A DNA stretch of 64,000 nucleotides from an uncultured Thermodesulfobacteriota bacterium (GTDB lineage Bacteria; Desulfobacterota; B13-G15). The notes under the pieces are model-generated. The model had not been told where the DNA came from, did not search any database, and worked only from the letters and a program-made list of their open reading frames with translations. The first letter of the stretch is position 1. Each line of letters begins with the position of its first letter. The DNA is taken from NCBI GenBank assembly GCA_964611295.1, contig CAZSWV010000002.1, positions 8,303 to 72,302 on the forward strand, read 5' to 3'. Positions 1 through 9,830 of this stretch are shown here, piece by piece. A program made the position numbers and the translations under genes.

Positions 1-656
1 GAGGCGTGGCTTAAACCATAGATCAACCAAAAAAGGGCGGCACTGTACAGTAAACTTCCCAAGATGTCAAACCTTTCGCCTTCTGCTTCCTTCCATTCGC
101 CTTTTATCTTCGTTAATGATAAAAAGAAGGCAAAAAGACACAGGGGGACCCCAAAGAGGAAAAGTGTCCTCCAGCCAAACCTATGCGTGATTATCCCCCC
201 AAGAAAGGGGCCGGTAGTTAGGCCTCCGTATATACATGCTGTATTAATACCTATGGCTTTACCCCTTTCTGCCTTGGGGAAGAGGGAAGTGAGGATGGCC
301 ACGGAAGTTGAAAAGATCATAGCTGCTCCTATTCCCTGCAAGAAACGGAACAATACGAGCTGTAAGGGACTTAGGGCAGTGGCCGAAAGCAATGAACCTA
401 AACTATAGACCAAAAGGCCAAAGAGGAAGGTCCTTTTGCGTCCATAGATGTCCGACAGGCGCCCAAGGGGAAGCGAAAACATAGCTGAAGACAAAAGGTA
501 AGAAGTGGCTATCCATCCCAAGCTTATGGCATCTGCCTTTAAATCCCTCCCTAGTGACGGTAACGCTATGTTCACCGAAGACGCCATAAAGGCTACAAGG
601 AAAGTAGCCAGACCCGAAGAAAAAAGTGCAGCTCGTTTAAACGCCTTGTCTTCCAC
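1..656 (-). CDS. MFS transporter, DHA2 (EmrB/QacA-like) family; runs off the window start
   Basis: Not in the ORF track. Manual translation from GTG at 656 gives MEDKAFKRAALFSSGLATFLVAFMASSVNIALPSLG...LPLGRLSDIYGRKR (MFS motif A)...RFLQGIGAA...ERGKAIG...GPFLGG. Confidence 0.9.
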   Translation of the reverse strand, partial: MEDKAFKRAALFSSGLATFLVAFMASSVNIALPSLGRDLKADAISLGWIATSYLLSSAMFSLPLGRLSDIYGRKRTFLFGLLVYSLGSLLSATALSPLQLVLFRFLQGIGAAMIFSTSVAILTSLFPKAERGKAIGINTACIYGGLTTGPFLGGIITHRFGWRTLFLFGVPLCLFAFFLSLTKIKGEWKEAEGERFDILGSLLYSAALFWLIYGLSHA

Positions 657-695
657 TTTTCTATTCGTTTTTAATAAAATTTCCAACAAAAGGAC

Positions 696-1703
696 ATGCT
701 GAGATTTTACAAAAAGCTACGGGAAAAGTTAAAGGAAGGTCAGACTTTTGTACTTATGGTCCTTGTCAAGAGACGCGGATCTGCGCCTAGAGATATAGGA
801 GCAAAGATGGCCCTCTTTGAAAATGGCCAGACCCTTGGAACCATAGGAGGAGGGAAGGTCGAGGCCTTGGCCCTTGAAGAAGCAAAAAAGGTACTGGAGA
901 CAGGGGAGGGGAGACTCCTCGAGTATACGCTTACAGCTAAAGAGGTTTCCGAGGAGGGGATGCTTTGTGGCGGGGAGGTCTCGGTGCTTTTGGATCTGTG
1001 GGGAAAGGACAAGGAGGAGATGCTGGATGAACTTGTCAAGGCCCTTGAGAAGGGCGAAGAGCTATGGTTATTGTTGGGTCTGCCACCTTCTTTGAGAGGT
1101 TGTCTTTTGGTGACTAAGACAGAGGCCTTCGGTAATTTAGAAGGTATTGAAACTAAGGCCTTGGATCTTTTTTCCATAACAAGGCCTACGCTTTTGGAGG
1201 TCGGGGGAAAGCAATTATATGTGGAACCTGTCCTACAGGAACCGACCCTTTACCTCTTCGGTGCCGGGCATGTTTCACAGGAAATAGCGCCTTTGGCCAA
1301 AAAGGTGGGATTCAAGGTCGTTGTCGTGGACGATAGGGCTGAATTTGCCAACAAAGAGCGTTTCCCCACAGCGGACGAGATTATAGTGCAGGACTTTGAA
1401 GAGGCCAGCCGTAACCTTCCCCTTGGTCCCCAGAGCTATGTGGTAATAGTTACCAGGGGACATGCACATGACTACACGGTCCTTAAGAACGTCCTTGGTT
1501 TTGCGACCAGATACATAGGTATGATAGGGAGCAAAAGGAAAAGGGATATCATCTTTGACAAACTGAAAGGCGAAGGGGTCTCTGAAGGCCTACTTTCACG
1601 TGTACGCTCTCCTATAGGGATCGATATCGGTGCCGAAACCCCAGAGGAAATAGCGATAAGCATAGTGGCGGAGCTGATCGCCTTCAAGAACCTAATGCCT
1701 TAA
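696..1703 (+). CDS. XdhC/CoxI family molybdenum-hydroxylase accessory protein
   Basis: GSAPR..GAKM, GTIGGG.VE, CGG, FGAGHV, VTRGHAHD, YIGMIGS and GAETPEEIAISI motifs. Confidence 0.9.
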   Translation: MLRFYKKLREKLKEGQTFVLMVLVKRRGSAPRDIGAKMALFENGQTLGTIGGGKVEALALEEAKKVLETGEGRLLEYTLTAKEVSEEGMLCGGEVSVLLDLWGKDKEEMLDELVKALEKGEELWLLLGLPPSLRGCLLVTKTEAFGNLEGIETKALDLFSITRPTLLEVGGKQLYVEPVLQEPTLYLFGAGHVSQEIAPLAKKVGFKVVVVDDRAEFANKERFPTADEIIVQDFEEASRNLPLGPQSYVVIVTRGHAHDYTVLKNVLGFATRYIGMIGSKRKRDIIFDKLKGEGVSEGLLSRVRSPIGIDIGAETPEEIAISIVAELIAFKNLMP

Positions 1704-2499
1704 GACCTAAGACGTCCAACATGTCGTAAAGTCCAGCGGGTTTATCCACTACCCACAAGGCTGCTTTGACAGCCCCCCTAGCAAAGGCCTCCCTCGAAGA
1801 GGCACGGTGTACCAGCTCTACCCTTTCCCCCTCTCCGAGGAAAAACACCGTATGGTCTCCTATTACATCGCCCCCACGCAAGGCCATTATACCCAGCTGA
1901 CCCAGGGGCCTTGGTCCCGTAAGGCCCTTGCGTCCGAATACGGCGTTTTGTTCCAGTTCAACCCCCAAGGCTGCCGATATCACTTGTCCGAGCCTCAAAG
2001 CCGTACCACTCGGTGCGTCCCTTTTCTGGCGATGATGGACCTCGACGATTTCAACGTCGTAATCTTTGCCTAAGACCCGGGTGGTTATCTCCACGAGTTT
2101 GAACAACAAATTGACGCCAAGGCTCATGTTCGGAGAAAGCACACAGGGTACCTTTTGGGCCAGGGATTCGATGGCCTTTTGCTGTTCGGAGGTAAAACCG
2201 GTAGTACCTATGACCACGGCCTTTCTATACCTTGAAGCGACCTCCAAGGCTTCAAGGGAGGCCTCTGGGTGGCTGAAGTCTATAAGGACATCGGCCCCTA
2301 CGATCACCTTCTCTAGGTCATCGGATACCACAATGCCACATGGCTTAAGGCCTATGAGTTCGTTAAGGTCCACGCCTATAAGGGGATGACCCGGACGTTC
2401 CACCCCTCCTACACACTTTATGCTATCTGATCCTTGGATCACCTTCAGTACCGTACGCCCCATCTTCCCCGCCACCCCTATTATCACTGCCTTTACCAT
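1684..2499 (-). CDS. dapB: 4-hydroxy-tetrahydrodipicolinate reductase
   Basis: GVAGKMG, IDFS, IGTTG, PNMSLG, EVHHRQKRDAPSGTA. Confidence 0.97.
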   Translation of the reverse strand: MVKAVIIGVAGKMGRTVLKVIQGSDSIKCVGGVERPGHPLIGVDLNELIGLKPCGIVVSDDLEKVIVGADVLIDFSHPEASLEALEVASRYRKAVVIGTTGFTSEQQKAIESLAQKVPCVLSPNMSLGVNLLFKLVEITTRVLGKDYDVEIVEVHHRQKRDAPSGTALRLGQVISAALGVELEQNAVFGRKGLTGPRPLGQLGIMALRGGDVIGDHTVFFLGEGERVELVHRASSREAFARGAVKAALWVVDKPAGLYDMLDVLGLKALGS

Positions 2500-3314
2500 A
2501 AGGCCTCCTTGAAGGTCCCTTCGCAGACCAACCTCACCTTGCCTTCAAGGGCTATGTCCCTGAAGGATCCTTCTTCATAAGAGTAATATACCGTCAAAGG
2601 TTCATCACTTTTGGGTATGACCTTTGTAGGCGGCTGAGCATAACCTTTGAGGAAGGCTATTAGGGCAGAGGCGATGCTCCCTGTTCCACATGCCAGGGTT
2701 TCGTCCTCAACCCCTCGTTCGTAAGTCCTTACCCTTATATAAGTAGACTCTGCCTTTACGAAGTTGACATTAGTGCCTGCCGGCGCAAAACGTTCATGCC
2801 ACCTAATAGCCCTACCCATCTTTCTGACGTCAAGGCCATGGAGGTCGTCCACGAACAACACAGCGTGAGGCACCCCTGTGTTCACGAAATCGAGGACAAG
2901 CTCCTTGCCCTCTACTTCGATCCTTATATCCCTTTTTAAATCCCGAGGTGGGGGTAGCTCTATCTTCACATTTTCACCGCTTACCTTTGCCTTCACTATG
3001 CCGATCTTTGTTTCAAAAGACAGCTCCTTGGGAGCTATCCCAAGCATATGGGCCAGACGTGCTGCGCACCTCCCACCGTTTCCACACATCTCGGCTTCGC
3101 TTCCATCCGAATTGAAGAAATGCCAACGGAAATGGGCCCTGGAAGAAGGCTTAAGGAGGATGAAGCCGTCTGCTCCTACTGACAGCTGTCTGTGACATAC
3201 CTTAGGCACTATGGGCTTTATGGCCTCTGGAGGTATCTTGTCCTCCAGATCAGCGACCAATAAAAAGTCGTTTCCCCCTCCGGTCATCTTGTAGAACTTA
3301 AGCCCCTCGATCAC
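2493..3314 (-). CDS. dapF: Diaminopimelate epimerase
   Basis: GGGNDF, NSDGSEAEMCGNG, NTGVPH, ERGVEDETLACGTG. Confidence 0.97.
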   Translation of the reverse strand: MIEGLKFYKMTGGGNDFLLVADLEDKIPPEAIKPIVPKVCHRQLSVGADGFILLKPSSRAHFRWHFFNSDGSEAEMCGNGGRCAARLAHMLGIAPKELSFETKIGIVKAKVSGENVKIELPPPRDLKRDIRIEVEGKELVLDFVNTGVPHAVLFVDDLHGLDVRKMGRAIRWHERFAPAGTNVNFVKAESTYIRVRTYERGVEDETLACGTGSIASALIAFLKGYAQPPTKVIPKSDEPLTVYYSYEEGSFRDIALEGKVRLVCEGTFKEALW

Positions 3315-4567
3315 GTTAAAAACTCCGGTATGTCTTCCCCTCTTATGAGGTCTTCGTAACTTTCCCTTTTCCTCACTACCCAGAACTTATCGTCCTTGAC
3401 CATCACTTCAGCTACCCTTGGCCTCGAGTTGTAATTGGAGGACATGGAGAAACCGTAAGCACCAGCGCTCATTACGGCAAGAAATTCGCCAGGCATCGGT
3501 TCGGCTATCTCTCGGTCCTTGGCCAAATAATCCCCAGTTTCACATATAGGTCCCACTATATCGACTTTGACCTTTGGACGTTCCTCCAGTCTACAGGGAA
3601 GTATTTCATGGTAGGCCTTGTAAAGCGTAGGCCTGATTAGGTCGTTCATAGCAGCATCTACTACCACAAACCTCTTGCCCCCGTTTTCCTTCCTATAGAG
3701 TACTTTCGTTACCAAAACCCCCGCGTTTCCTACAAGTACACGGCCTGGTTCAAAAACGAAGGTACACTCCATCCCCTTCACGAGTTCAGCAAGCGCCTTA
3801 CCGTATTCAGAAGGATGCGGCGGTTCCTCATCCCTATAAGTGATCCCAAGGCCACCTCCAAGATCGACCATCCTAACGTCTATCCCTGCTCCTTTTAAGG
3901 TAAAGAAGAACTCCTTTATCTTCCCAAAGGCCTCCAAAAAAGGACCAAGGTCTGTGATCTGAGAACCTATGTGGCAACTTATGCCCACTACCTCCAAATG
4001 GGAGTTCCGGGAAGCCCATCGGAAGAGTTCATATGCCTCTTTCATCTCTAGTCCGAACTTGGAGGACCTAAGTCCTGTGCTGATATAAGGATGGGTAAGG
4101 GGATCTACGTCTGGGTTAACCCTTATGGACATGGGAGCACGTATGCCCTTTTCGCTGGCTAGGCTTGCCAGAAGCCTCAGTTCTTCTCCTGATTCCACAT
4201 TTATCATAAGGACCCCTACCTCAAGGGCATAACGAAGTTCTTCGGGGCTTTTGCCTACACCACTGAACACTATCCTCTTAGGGTCTACCCCCGCCTTAAG
4301 GGCCCTAAAAAGTTCACCGCCTGAGACGACATCAGCCCCAGCGCCCTTTTGCGCGAAGGTCCTGATCACTGCGAGGTTGGAGTTAGCTTTGACCGAATAA
4401 CAAATGAGGTGATCGAGCTCCTTTAAGGCATCCCTGAACACTTCATAGTGCCGCTCTAAGGTCCTGTAGCTATACACATAAAGCGGGGTTCCCAACTCCT
4501 TGGCTATCTCCTCAAGGGGCACTTGTTCGCAAAAAAGCAACCCGTTTCTGTAACTGAAGTAATGCAT
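3311..4567 (-). CDS. lysA: Diaminopimelate decarboxylase
   Basis: YSVKAN (PLP lysine), HIGSQ, GGGLG, EPGR, GPICETGD, SSNYNSRPR. Confidence 0.97.
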   Translation of the reverse strand: MHYFSYRNGLLFCEQVPLEEIAKELGTPLYVYSYRTLERHYEVFRDALKELDHLICYSVKANSNLAVIRTFAQKGAGADVVSGGELFRALKAGVDPKRIVFSGVGKSPEELRYALEVGVLMINVESGEELRLLASLASEKGIRAPMSIRVNPDVDPLTHPYISTGLRSSKFGLEMKEAYELFRWASRNSHLEVVGISCHIGSQITDLGPFLEAFGKIKEFFFTLKGAGIDVRMVDLGGGLGITYRDEEPPHPSEYGKALAELVKGMECTFVFEPGRVLVGNAGVLVTKVLYRKENGGKRFVVVDAAMNDLIRPTLYKAYHEILPCRLEERPKVKVDIVGPICETGDYLAKDREIAEPMPGEFLAVMSAGAYGFSMSSNYNSRPRVAEVMVKDDKFWVVRKRESYEDLIRGEDIPEFLT

Positions 4568-4568
4568 C

Positions 4569-5057
4569 TCAGCGCCTCAAAGTGGCTTTGTGCCTCAAAG
4601 GCTTCAATATCAATTCAAGGGCATGGAGGACATCTGTCACCACTACGTGGGCGTTGAGGATTGCCTCACGTGCAGCCCCTTCAGGTCCTATGACAGCAAT
4701 CCCCAAGGCAGCCTCTTTAAGCATAAGGGAATCGTTATAGCCGTTTCCTACAGCGATGGTCCTTTCAGGTCCGAGTTCCTTAACAAAATCCCTCTTGGCC
4801 TGAGCTTCATCCTGTCCCTGTACCTTCACCACCTCGACATGTACCCTTTTTAACCTCTCAAATATTTCCATCCTCTTTGATACGTCACCACGGGTGTCTG
4901 CGGTAATTATAAAGACCTTGAGCTTTTTTGCCAAAAGACTCAAACGGTCCTTAACCTTGTTGTGGATGCGTCCGTCTTTGGCAAGGGTCCCATTGTAGTC
5001 TATTACTAGGTTTTCTATCTCCAACACTCCAAGTCCAGGTATTTCAAGGCGCATCAT
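4569..5057 (-). CDS. HAD-superfamily hydrolase (soluble P-type-ATPase-like)
   Basis: IDYNGTLA (motif I variant), TADT, GNGYND. Confidence 0.8.
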   Translation of the reverse strand: MMRLEIPGLGVLEIENLVIDYNGTLAKDGRIHNKVKDRLSLLAKKLKVFIITADTRGDVSKRMEIFERLKRVHVEVVKVQGQDEAQAKRDFVKELGPERTIAVGNGYNDSLMLKEAALGIAVIGPEGAAREAILNAHVVVTDVLHALELILKPLRHKATLRR

Positions 5058-5063
5058 AGGGAC

Positions 5064-6323
5064 CTACACCTCTTCCGGATGGGCTATCCGCCCTAAGATG
5101 GCACTTGCTGCAGCTACTGCAGGGTTCGAGAGGTAAACTTCGCTTTTCGGATGGCCCATCCTACCGACGAAGTTGCGATTGGTAGTGGCTATGGCCCTTT
5201 CGCCTTCAGCTAATACCCCCATGTGCCCCCCAAGGCAGGGGCCACAAGTCGGGGTGCTCACCGCGGCTCCTGCTTCAACGAAGGTCTCTATTAAACCCTC
5301 CCTTAAGGCCTGAAGGTAAACCCTTTGGGTAGCGGGAATAACGATAAGTCTCACCCACGGGGCTACCTTTTTCCCTTTGAGGACTTCAGCAGCTGCCCTT
5401 AAATCGCCTAACCTCCCGTTCGTACATGAACCTATCACCACTTGGTCTATCTCCACATGTCTAAGTTCACGGACAGGCCTTACGTTTGCAGGAGAAGGTG
5501 GACAAGCAATAAGGGGCTCGAGCTTCCCCAAATCTACCTCTAAAACCTCGCTGTAAGGAGCATCGGGATCCGCTTGGAGGACGGAGAACTCCTCTACTCC
5601 TACTTCCTTTAGATACTGAAGGGTTACCTCATCCACGGGCATGATCCCGTTCTTTGCCCCGGCTTCAACCACCATGTTGGCCACGGTAAACCTATCATCT
5701 ATGGAAAGGGCCTTAAGGCCTTCTCCCGTGAACTCCATGGCCATGTACCTTGCCCCCTCGGTCCCGATCTTGCCTATTATATGGAGGATAAGGTCCTTAC
5801 CACAGACCCACTTGGGAAACCTTCCATAAAGGGTGACCTTCATAGCCTCAGGTACCCTGAGCCATATCTCCCCTGTGGCCCAGGCCGCAGCTAAGTCCGT
5901 GCTTCCCACCCCCGTAGAAAAGGCCCCAAGGGCCCCATAGGTGCATGTATGGCTGTCAGCGCCGATGATCAAATCCGAAGGCTTTACCAGACCAAGTTCT
6001 GGCAGAAGGGCATGTTCTACACCCATCCGTCCTACTTCGTAGTAGTGGACTATCCCCTGTTCCTTGGCAAACTGACGCATGACCTTACACTGCTCAGCGG
6101 ATTGTAAGTCCTTATTGGGGGTAAAGTGATCTGGAACCAGGACCACCTTCGAAGGGTCAAATACCTTAGATGCCCCCATCTCGCGGAAGGCTTTAATGGC
6201 CAAGGGAGCCGTTATATCATTGGCAAGGGTTAAGTCCACCTTACAGATCACGATCTCTCCGGGTTCGAGGTAGTCCCTTCCGGCATGCCTTGCAAGGATC
6301 TTGGCCGTATGCGTCATCCCCAC
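5064..6323 (-). CDS. leuC: 3-isopropylmalate dehydratase large subunit (LeuC/HacA type)
   Basis: [30 protein letters not shown]; start moved to GTG 6323, downstream of GGAGG. Confidence 0.9.
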   Translation of the reverse strand: MGMTHTAKILARHAGRDYLEPGEIVICKVDLTLANDITAPLAIKAFREMGASKVFDPSKVVLVPDHFTPNKDLQSAEQCKVMRQFAKEQGIVHYYEVGRMGVEHALLPELGLVKPSDLIIGADSHTCTYGALGAFSTGVGSTDLAAAWATGEIWLRVPEAMKVTLYGRFPKWVCGKDLILHIIGKIGTEGARYMAMEFTGEGLKALSIDDRFTVANMVVEAGAKNGIMPVDEVTLQYLKEVGVEEFSVLQADPDAPYSEVLEVDLGKLEPLIACPPSPANVRPVRELRHVEIDQVVIGSCTNGRLGDLRAAAEVLKGKKVAPWVRLIVIPATQRVYLQALREGLIETFVEAGAAVSTPTCGPCLGGHMGVLAEGERAIATTNRNFVGRMGHPKSEVYLSNPAVAAASAILGRIAHPEEV

Positions 6324-6324
6324 C

Positions 6325-7857
6325 TTACACACCTCCGAGTTTTCTCTTTTTGAGGTACTCCAATTTGTTCAAGGCGTTTACGAAGGCCTTCGCACTTGCG
6401 ACAAGTATATCCGTGTCTGCTCCTTGTCCAATGGCCGTAACGCCGTCCTCTTCTATCCTCACCCTCACTTCCCCTTGGGCATCGGTCCCACCTGTAATGG
6501 AGGCCACGCTGTAATCCAGTAAGTTGCCTTTGAAGCCGGTGATCTTGGTAATGGTCTTATAGACTGCGTCCACAGGACCTATCCCAAAACCGGCTTCCAT
6601 TACCACCTTTCCGTCTATCTCCATCTGTACAGTAGCCGTTGGGATGGACACCGTACCGCTGTGAACGCTTAAGTTCAAAAGTTTATACTTATCAGGAACC
6701 CTGAAGAGTTCCTCTTCCACCAGGGCTATAAGGTCCTCATCGTATATGACCTTCTTCTGATCTGCCATCTTCTTGAAACGCTGAAAGACCACGTCGAGCT
6801 CCGGTTGGCTGAGGTCATATCCCAAGGCCTTGAGCCTTGCCCTTAGGGCATGGCGTCCTGAATGTTTGCCTAAGACGATGTGACTTGTTGGAATCCCCAC
6901 GCTCTCAGGGGTCATGATCTCATAGGTAAGCTTTTCCTTAAGCACCCCATCCTGATGTATGCCAGATTCATGGGCAAAGGCATTAGCCCCGACAATGGCC
7001 TTATTGGGTTGAACAGGAATGCCCGTTATCGAAGAGACTAGCCGACTGGTAGGGTATAGCTCGTGGGTGTTCACCCCAGTGTAAAACGGTAGGAGGTCAC
7101 GCCTCACCTTGAGGATCATTACGATCTCCTCAAGGGCAGCGTTGCCTGCGCGTTCTCCTATGCCGTTTATGGTACATTCCACCTGTCTTGCTCCGTTCAA
7201 TATGGCCGCAATGGAGTTTGCCACTGCCAAGCCGAGGTCGTTATGGCAATGGACGCTGATAACAGCTTTGTCGACATTTGGGACGCGCTCCTTTATGGTC
7301 CTTATGAGCCTACCGAACTCCTCAGGGACCGAATAACCCACAGTGTCGGGGATGTTGATGGTAGTGGCCCCTGCCTCAATGGCGGTCTCAATGACCTTTA
7401 GAAGGTATTCGAGGTTGCTCCTTGTAGCATCTTCGGGCGAAAACTCTACGTCTTCGGTGTATTTTTTGGCGTAACTCACCGCCTCCTTTACACGAGTGAG
7501 TACTTCTTCCTTTGTCATCCTCAACTTGTACTTCAAGTGTATGTCGCTTGTGGCTATAAAGGTGTGGATCCTCGGCTTTTGGGCACCTTTTATTGCTTCC
7601 CAGGCCCGGTCTATGTCCTCCTTGTTTGCCCTGGCCAAGGCACATATGATGGGCCCCTTTACCTCTTCGGCTATGGCCCGGACGGCTTCGAACTCCCCTT
7701 CTGAGGACATGGGAAAGCCTGCCTCGATCACGTCAACGCCTAGCTTCGCCAACTGCTTGGCCACCCTTAACTTTTCCTCGGTCTTCATCGAGGCACCGGG
7801 GGATTGTTCGCCATCGCGTAACGTAGTGTCAAAGATGATGATCTTTTCTGCCATCAT
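6325..7857 (-). CDS. leuA: 2-isopropylmalate synthase
   Basis: [38 protein letters not shown]-terminal regulatory domain. Confidence 0.96.
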   Translation of the reverse strand: MMAEKIIIFDTTLRDGEQSPGASMKTEEKLRVAKQLAKLGVDVIEAGFPMSSEGEFEAVRAIAEEVKGPIICALARANKEDIDRAWEAIKGAQKPRIHTFIATSDIHLKYKLRMTKEEVLTRVKEAVSYAKKYTEDVEFSPEDATRSNLEYLLKVIETAIEAGATTINIPDTVGYSVPEEFGRLIRTIKERVPNVDKAVISVHCHNDLGLAVANSIAAILNGARQVECTINGIGERAGNAALEEIVMILKVRRDLLPFYTGVNTHELYPTSRLVSSITGIPVQPNKAIVGANAFAHESGIHQDGVLKEKLTYEIMTPESVGIPTSHIVLGKHSGRHALRARLKALGYDLSQPELDVVFQRFKKMADQKKVIYDEDLIALVEEELFRVPDKYKLLNLSVHSGTVSIPTATVQMEIDGKVVMEAGFGIGPVDAVYKTITKITGFKGNLLDYSVASITGGTDAQGEVRVRIEEDGVTAIGQGADTDILVASAKAFVNALNKLEYLKKRKLGGV

Positions 7858-7921
7858 CGGCCTCCTTGATATTGTTATAATTTAAGCAAAAAACGCCAAA
7901 GAGAAAAACAGGGGTAAAAAA

Positions 7922-8647
7922 ATGAGAAGGCTCTTTGTCCCACCTGAGGAAATAGGTCCCAAGATCAAACTCAAAACGAAAGACCTGAAGTACCTCCTCC
8001 GGGTGTTGAGGCTTGAGACAGGAGATCTCGTAGAGGTGTTCGATGGAAAGGGCAACCGCTACAAGACGAGGATCGTACAATACGAAGACGGTTATTTCTT
8101 ACAGGTCCTCGAAGAATTAGAACCAGAGACCCAAAAAAGCCCCCGGATATGTTTGGGTCAGGGACTGTTGAAGGGCGAGAAGATGAAATGGGTCATCCAA
8201 AAGGCCACAGAACTTGGGGCAGAGATGATCGTACCGGTAAAGACCAGTAGGTCCATTCCCCTTCTAGAGGAGCAGGAAGCTAAAAGCAAGGTCGATAGAT
8301 GGAGGAAGATAGCCCAAGAGGCTGCAAAGCAGTCAAACCGCTCAACCGTCCCCCAGATACTTGAACCCATGGACCTAGAGGACTTCCTCGAGCTGGCAGA
8401 AGGGACCAAATTGGCCTTCTGGGAAAGGGCAAAGACAGGGTTCAAAGAGGCCATAAAAGATATAAAACCCGCAGATACCATCACCCTCCTTATAGGCCCC
8501 GAAGGGGGCTTCTCCGACAAAGAAGCCTCAAAGATAACCCAAAGCGGCTTCACCCTCTGTCACCTAGGCGAACGCATCCTCAGGGCAGAAACAGCCACCC
8601 TTGCAGCCATGACCATAACCCAATACCTATACGGAGACATAGGATAA
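7922..8647 (+). CDS. rsmE: 16S rRNA m3U1498 methyltransferase (copy 1)
   Basis: RVLRL, QKATELG, IGPEGGFS, LGERILRAETA. Confidence 0.93.
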   Translation: MRRLFVPPEEIGPKIKLKTKDLKYLLRVLRLETGDLVEVFDGKGNRYKTRIVQYEDGYFLQVLEELEPETQKSPRICLGQGLLKGEKMKWVIQKATELGAEMIVPVKTSRSIPLLEEQEAKSKVDRWRKIAQEAAKQSNRSTVPQILEPMDLEDFLELAEGTKLAFWERAKTGFKEAIKDIKPADTITLLIGPEGGFSDKEASKITQSGFTLCHLGERILRAETATLAAMTITQYLYGDIG

Positions 8648-8657
8648 AAACACTCCC

Positions 8658-8686
8658 TTGACACCACGAGAAAATACCTCTATCAT
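8658..8686 (+). promoter_or_regulatory. Sigma70-type promoter of the split glutamate synthase operon
   Basis: TTGACA (8658-8663), 17 bp spacer, TATCAT (8681-8686). Confidence 0.75.
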
Positions 8687-8690
8687 AAAA

Positions 8691-8717
8691 TACGGAAAAA
8701 AGTTACCGTTTTCCGTA
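8691..8717. promoter_or_regulatory. Palindromic operator, candidate NrpR site 1
   Basis: TACGGAAAA-N9-TTTTCCGTA inverted repeat just downstream of the -10; core GGAAAAAAGTTACCGTTTTCC is near-identical to the site upstream of nrpR and contains GGAA-N6-TACC. Confidence 0.7.
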
Positions 8718-8735
8718 AGAGGGGAGGGCTGGAGG

Positions 8736-9830
8736 ATGGTTGGTGGGGTGAAGGGTTTTGATGAGCGTAGGTTCAGGATCTCTTCTGGTTGTGGGGTAGT
8801 GGGTGTTATTGACCGAGAGGGGAGGCCGTTTTCGGGGGAATTAGTGGTTTCCTCTTTGTGTGTCCTTTCGGAGAGGGGGAATGGTCTTGGCAGTGGTTTT
8901 GCTGGCTACGGCATATATCCTGATCTCAAGGACTGTTTTTGTTTTCACGTGATGTATTACGGTACTGAGGTCAAAGAATTGCTCGAAGGGTATCTAAGGG
9001 AGCATTTCGAGATGGTTTTCTTTGAGCCCATTCCCACCAAGGAGGTAAAGGGCTTAGGGCCTTTGCCCCTTTTGTGGCGGTACTTTCTCAAGTGTAAAGA
9101 GGACCAAGGTTCAGAAGAGGAGGAGATACTGAGACACGTGATGTTCATAAACAGGAGGTTCCGAAAGGCGTGTGTTTTTTCTTCGGGAAAGAACATGGGG
9201 GTCTTCAAGGGTGTTGGGGAGCCTGAGGCCATAGCTGAGTTTTACAGGATACCCGATTACCAAGGATACATATGGATAGGACATACACGTTTCCCAACCA
9301 ATACCCCAGGTTGGTGGGGAGGTGCCCATCCTTTTAACGTTTTGGACTTGGCGGTTGTCCACAACGGTGAGCTCTCCTCCTATGGTACCAATAGGCGCTA
9401 CCTGGAATCCTGGGGGTATCAATGTACGCTTTTGACCGATACTGAAGTAATCGCTTACCTATTCGACTTACTTTACAGGAAGCACAAGTTGGACCTAGAC
9501 CTGGTGGTTAAGGTGCTTTCGCCTCCTTTTTGGTTCCAAATCCAAGAGGCGGAAAATGGGGAGAAAGAGCTGTTAAGGAGTTTAAGGATCATATATGGAG
9601 GCGCGCTCTTAAACGGGCCTTTTTCGGTAATTGTCGCTAGTTCCAACTGGATAGTGGGGCTTAACGACAGGATGAAGCTTCGGCCCTTGGTAGCTGCAAA
9701 AAGCGGGGATTTTCTCTATTTGGCCTCAGAAGAGGCGGCGATCAGGGCCATATGTCCAACTCCGGAAGAGGTCTGGAGGCCAGGGGCATTTGAGCCTGTA
9801 ATAGGGAGGGTAAAGGATGGTCAGACGTAG
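8736..9830 (+). CDS. Glutamate synthase, archaeal-type split form: class II glutamine amidotransferase subunit (GltB1-like)
   Basis: CGVVG near the N-terminus, ERGNGLG, HTRFPTNT, AHPF, VHNGE, TDTE, DRMKLRP; start set to ATG 8736. Confidence 0.88.
   Translation: MVGGVKGFDERRFRISSGCGVVGVIDREGRPFSGELVVSSLCVLSERGNGLGSGFAGYGIYPDLKDCFCFHVMYYGTEVKELLEGYLREHFEMVFFEPIPTKEVKGLGPLPLLWRYFLKCKEDQGSEEEEILRHVMFINRRFRKACVFSSGKNMGVFKGVGEPEAIAEFYRIPDYQGYIWIGHTRFPTNTPGWWGGAHPFNVLDLAVVHNGELSSYGTNRRYLESWGYQCTLLTDTEVIAYLFDLLYRKHKLDLDLVVKVLSPPFWFQIQEAENGEKELLRSLRIIYGGALLNGPFSVIVASSNWIVGLNDRMKLRPLVAAKSGDFLYLASEEAAIRAICPTPEEVWRPGAFEPVIGRVKDGQT

Noticed and set aside
64-702. Plus-strand ORFs 64-408 and 505-702
   Set aside because: Antisense shadows of the MFS transporter gene
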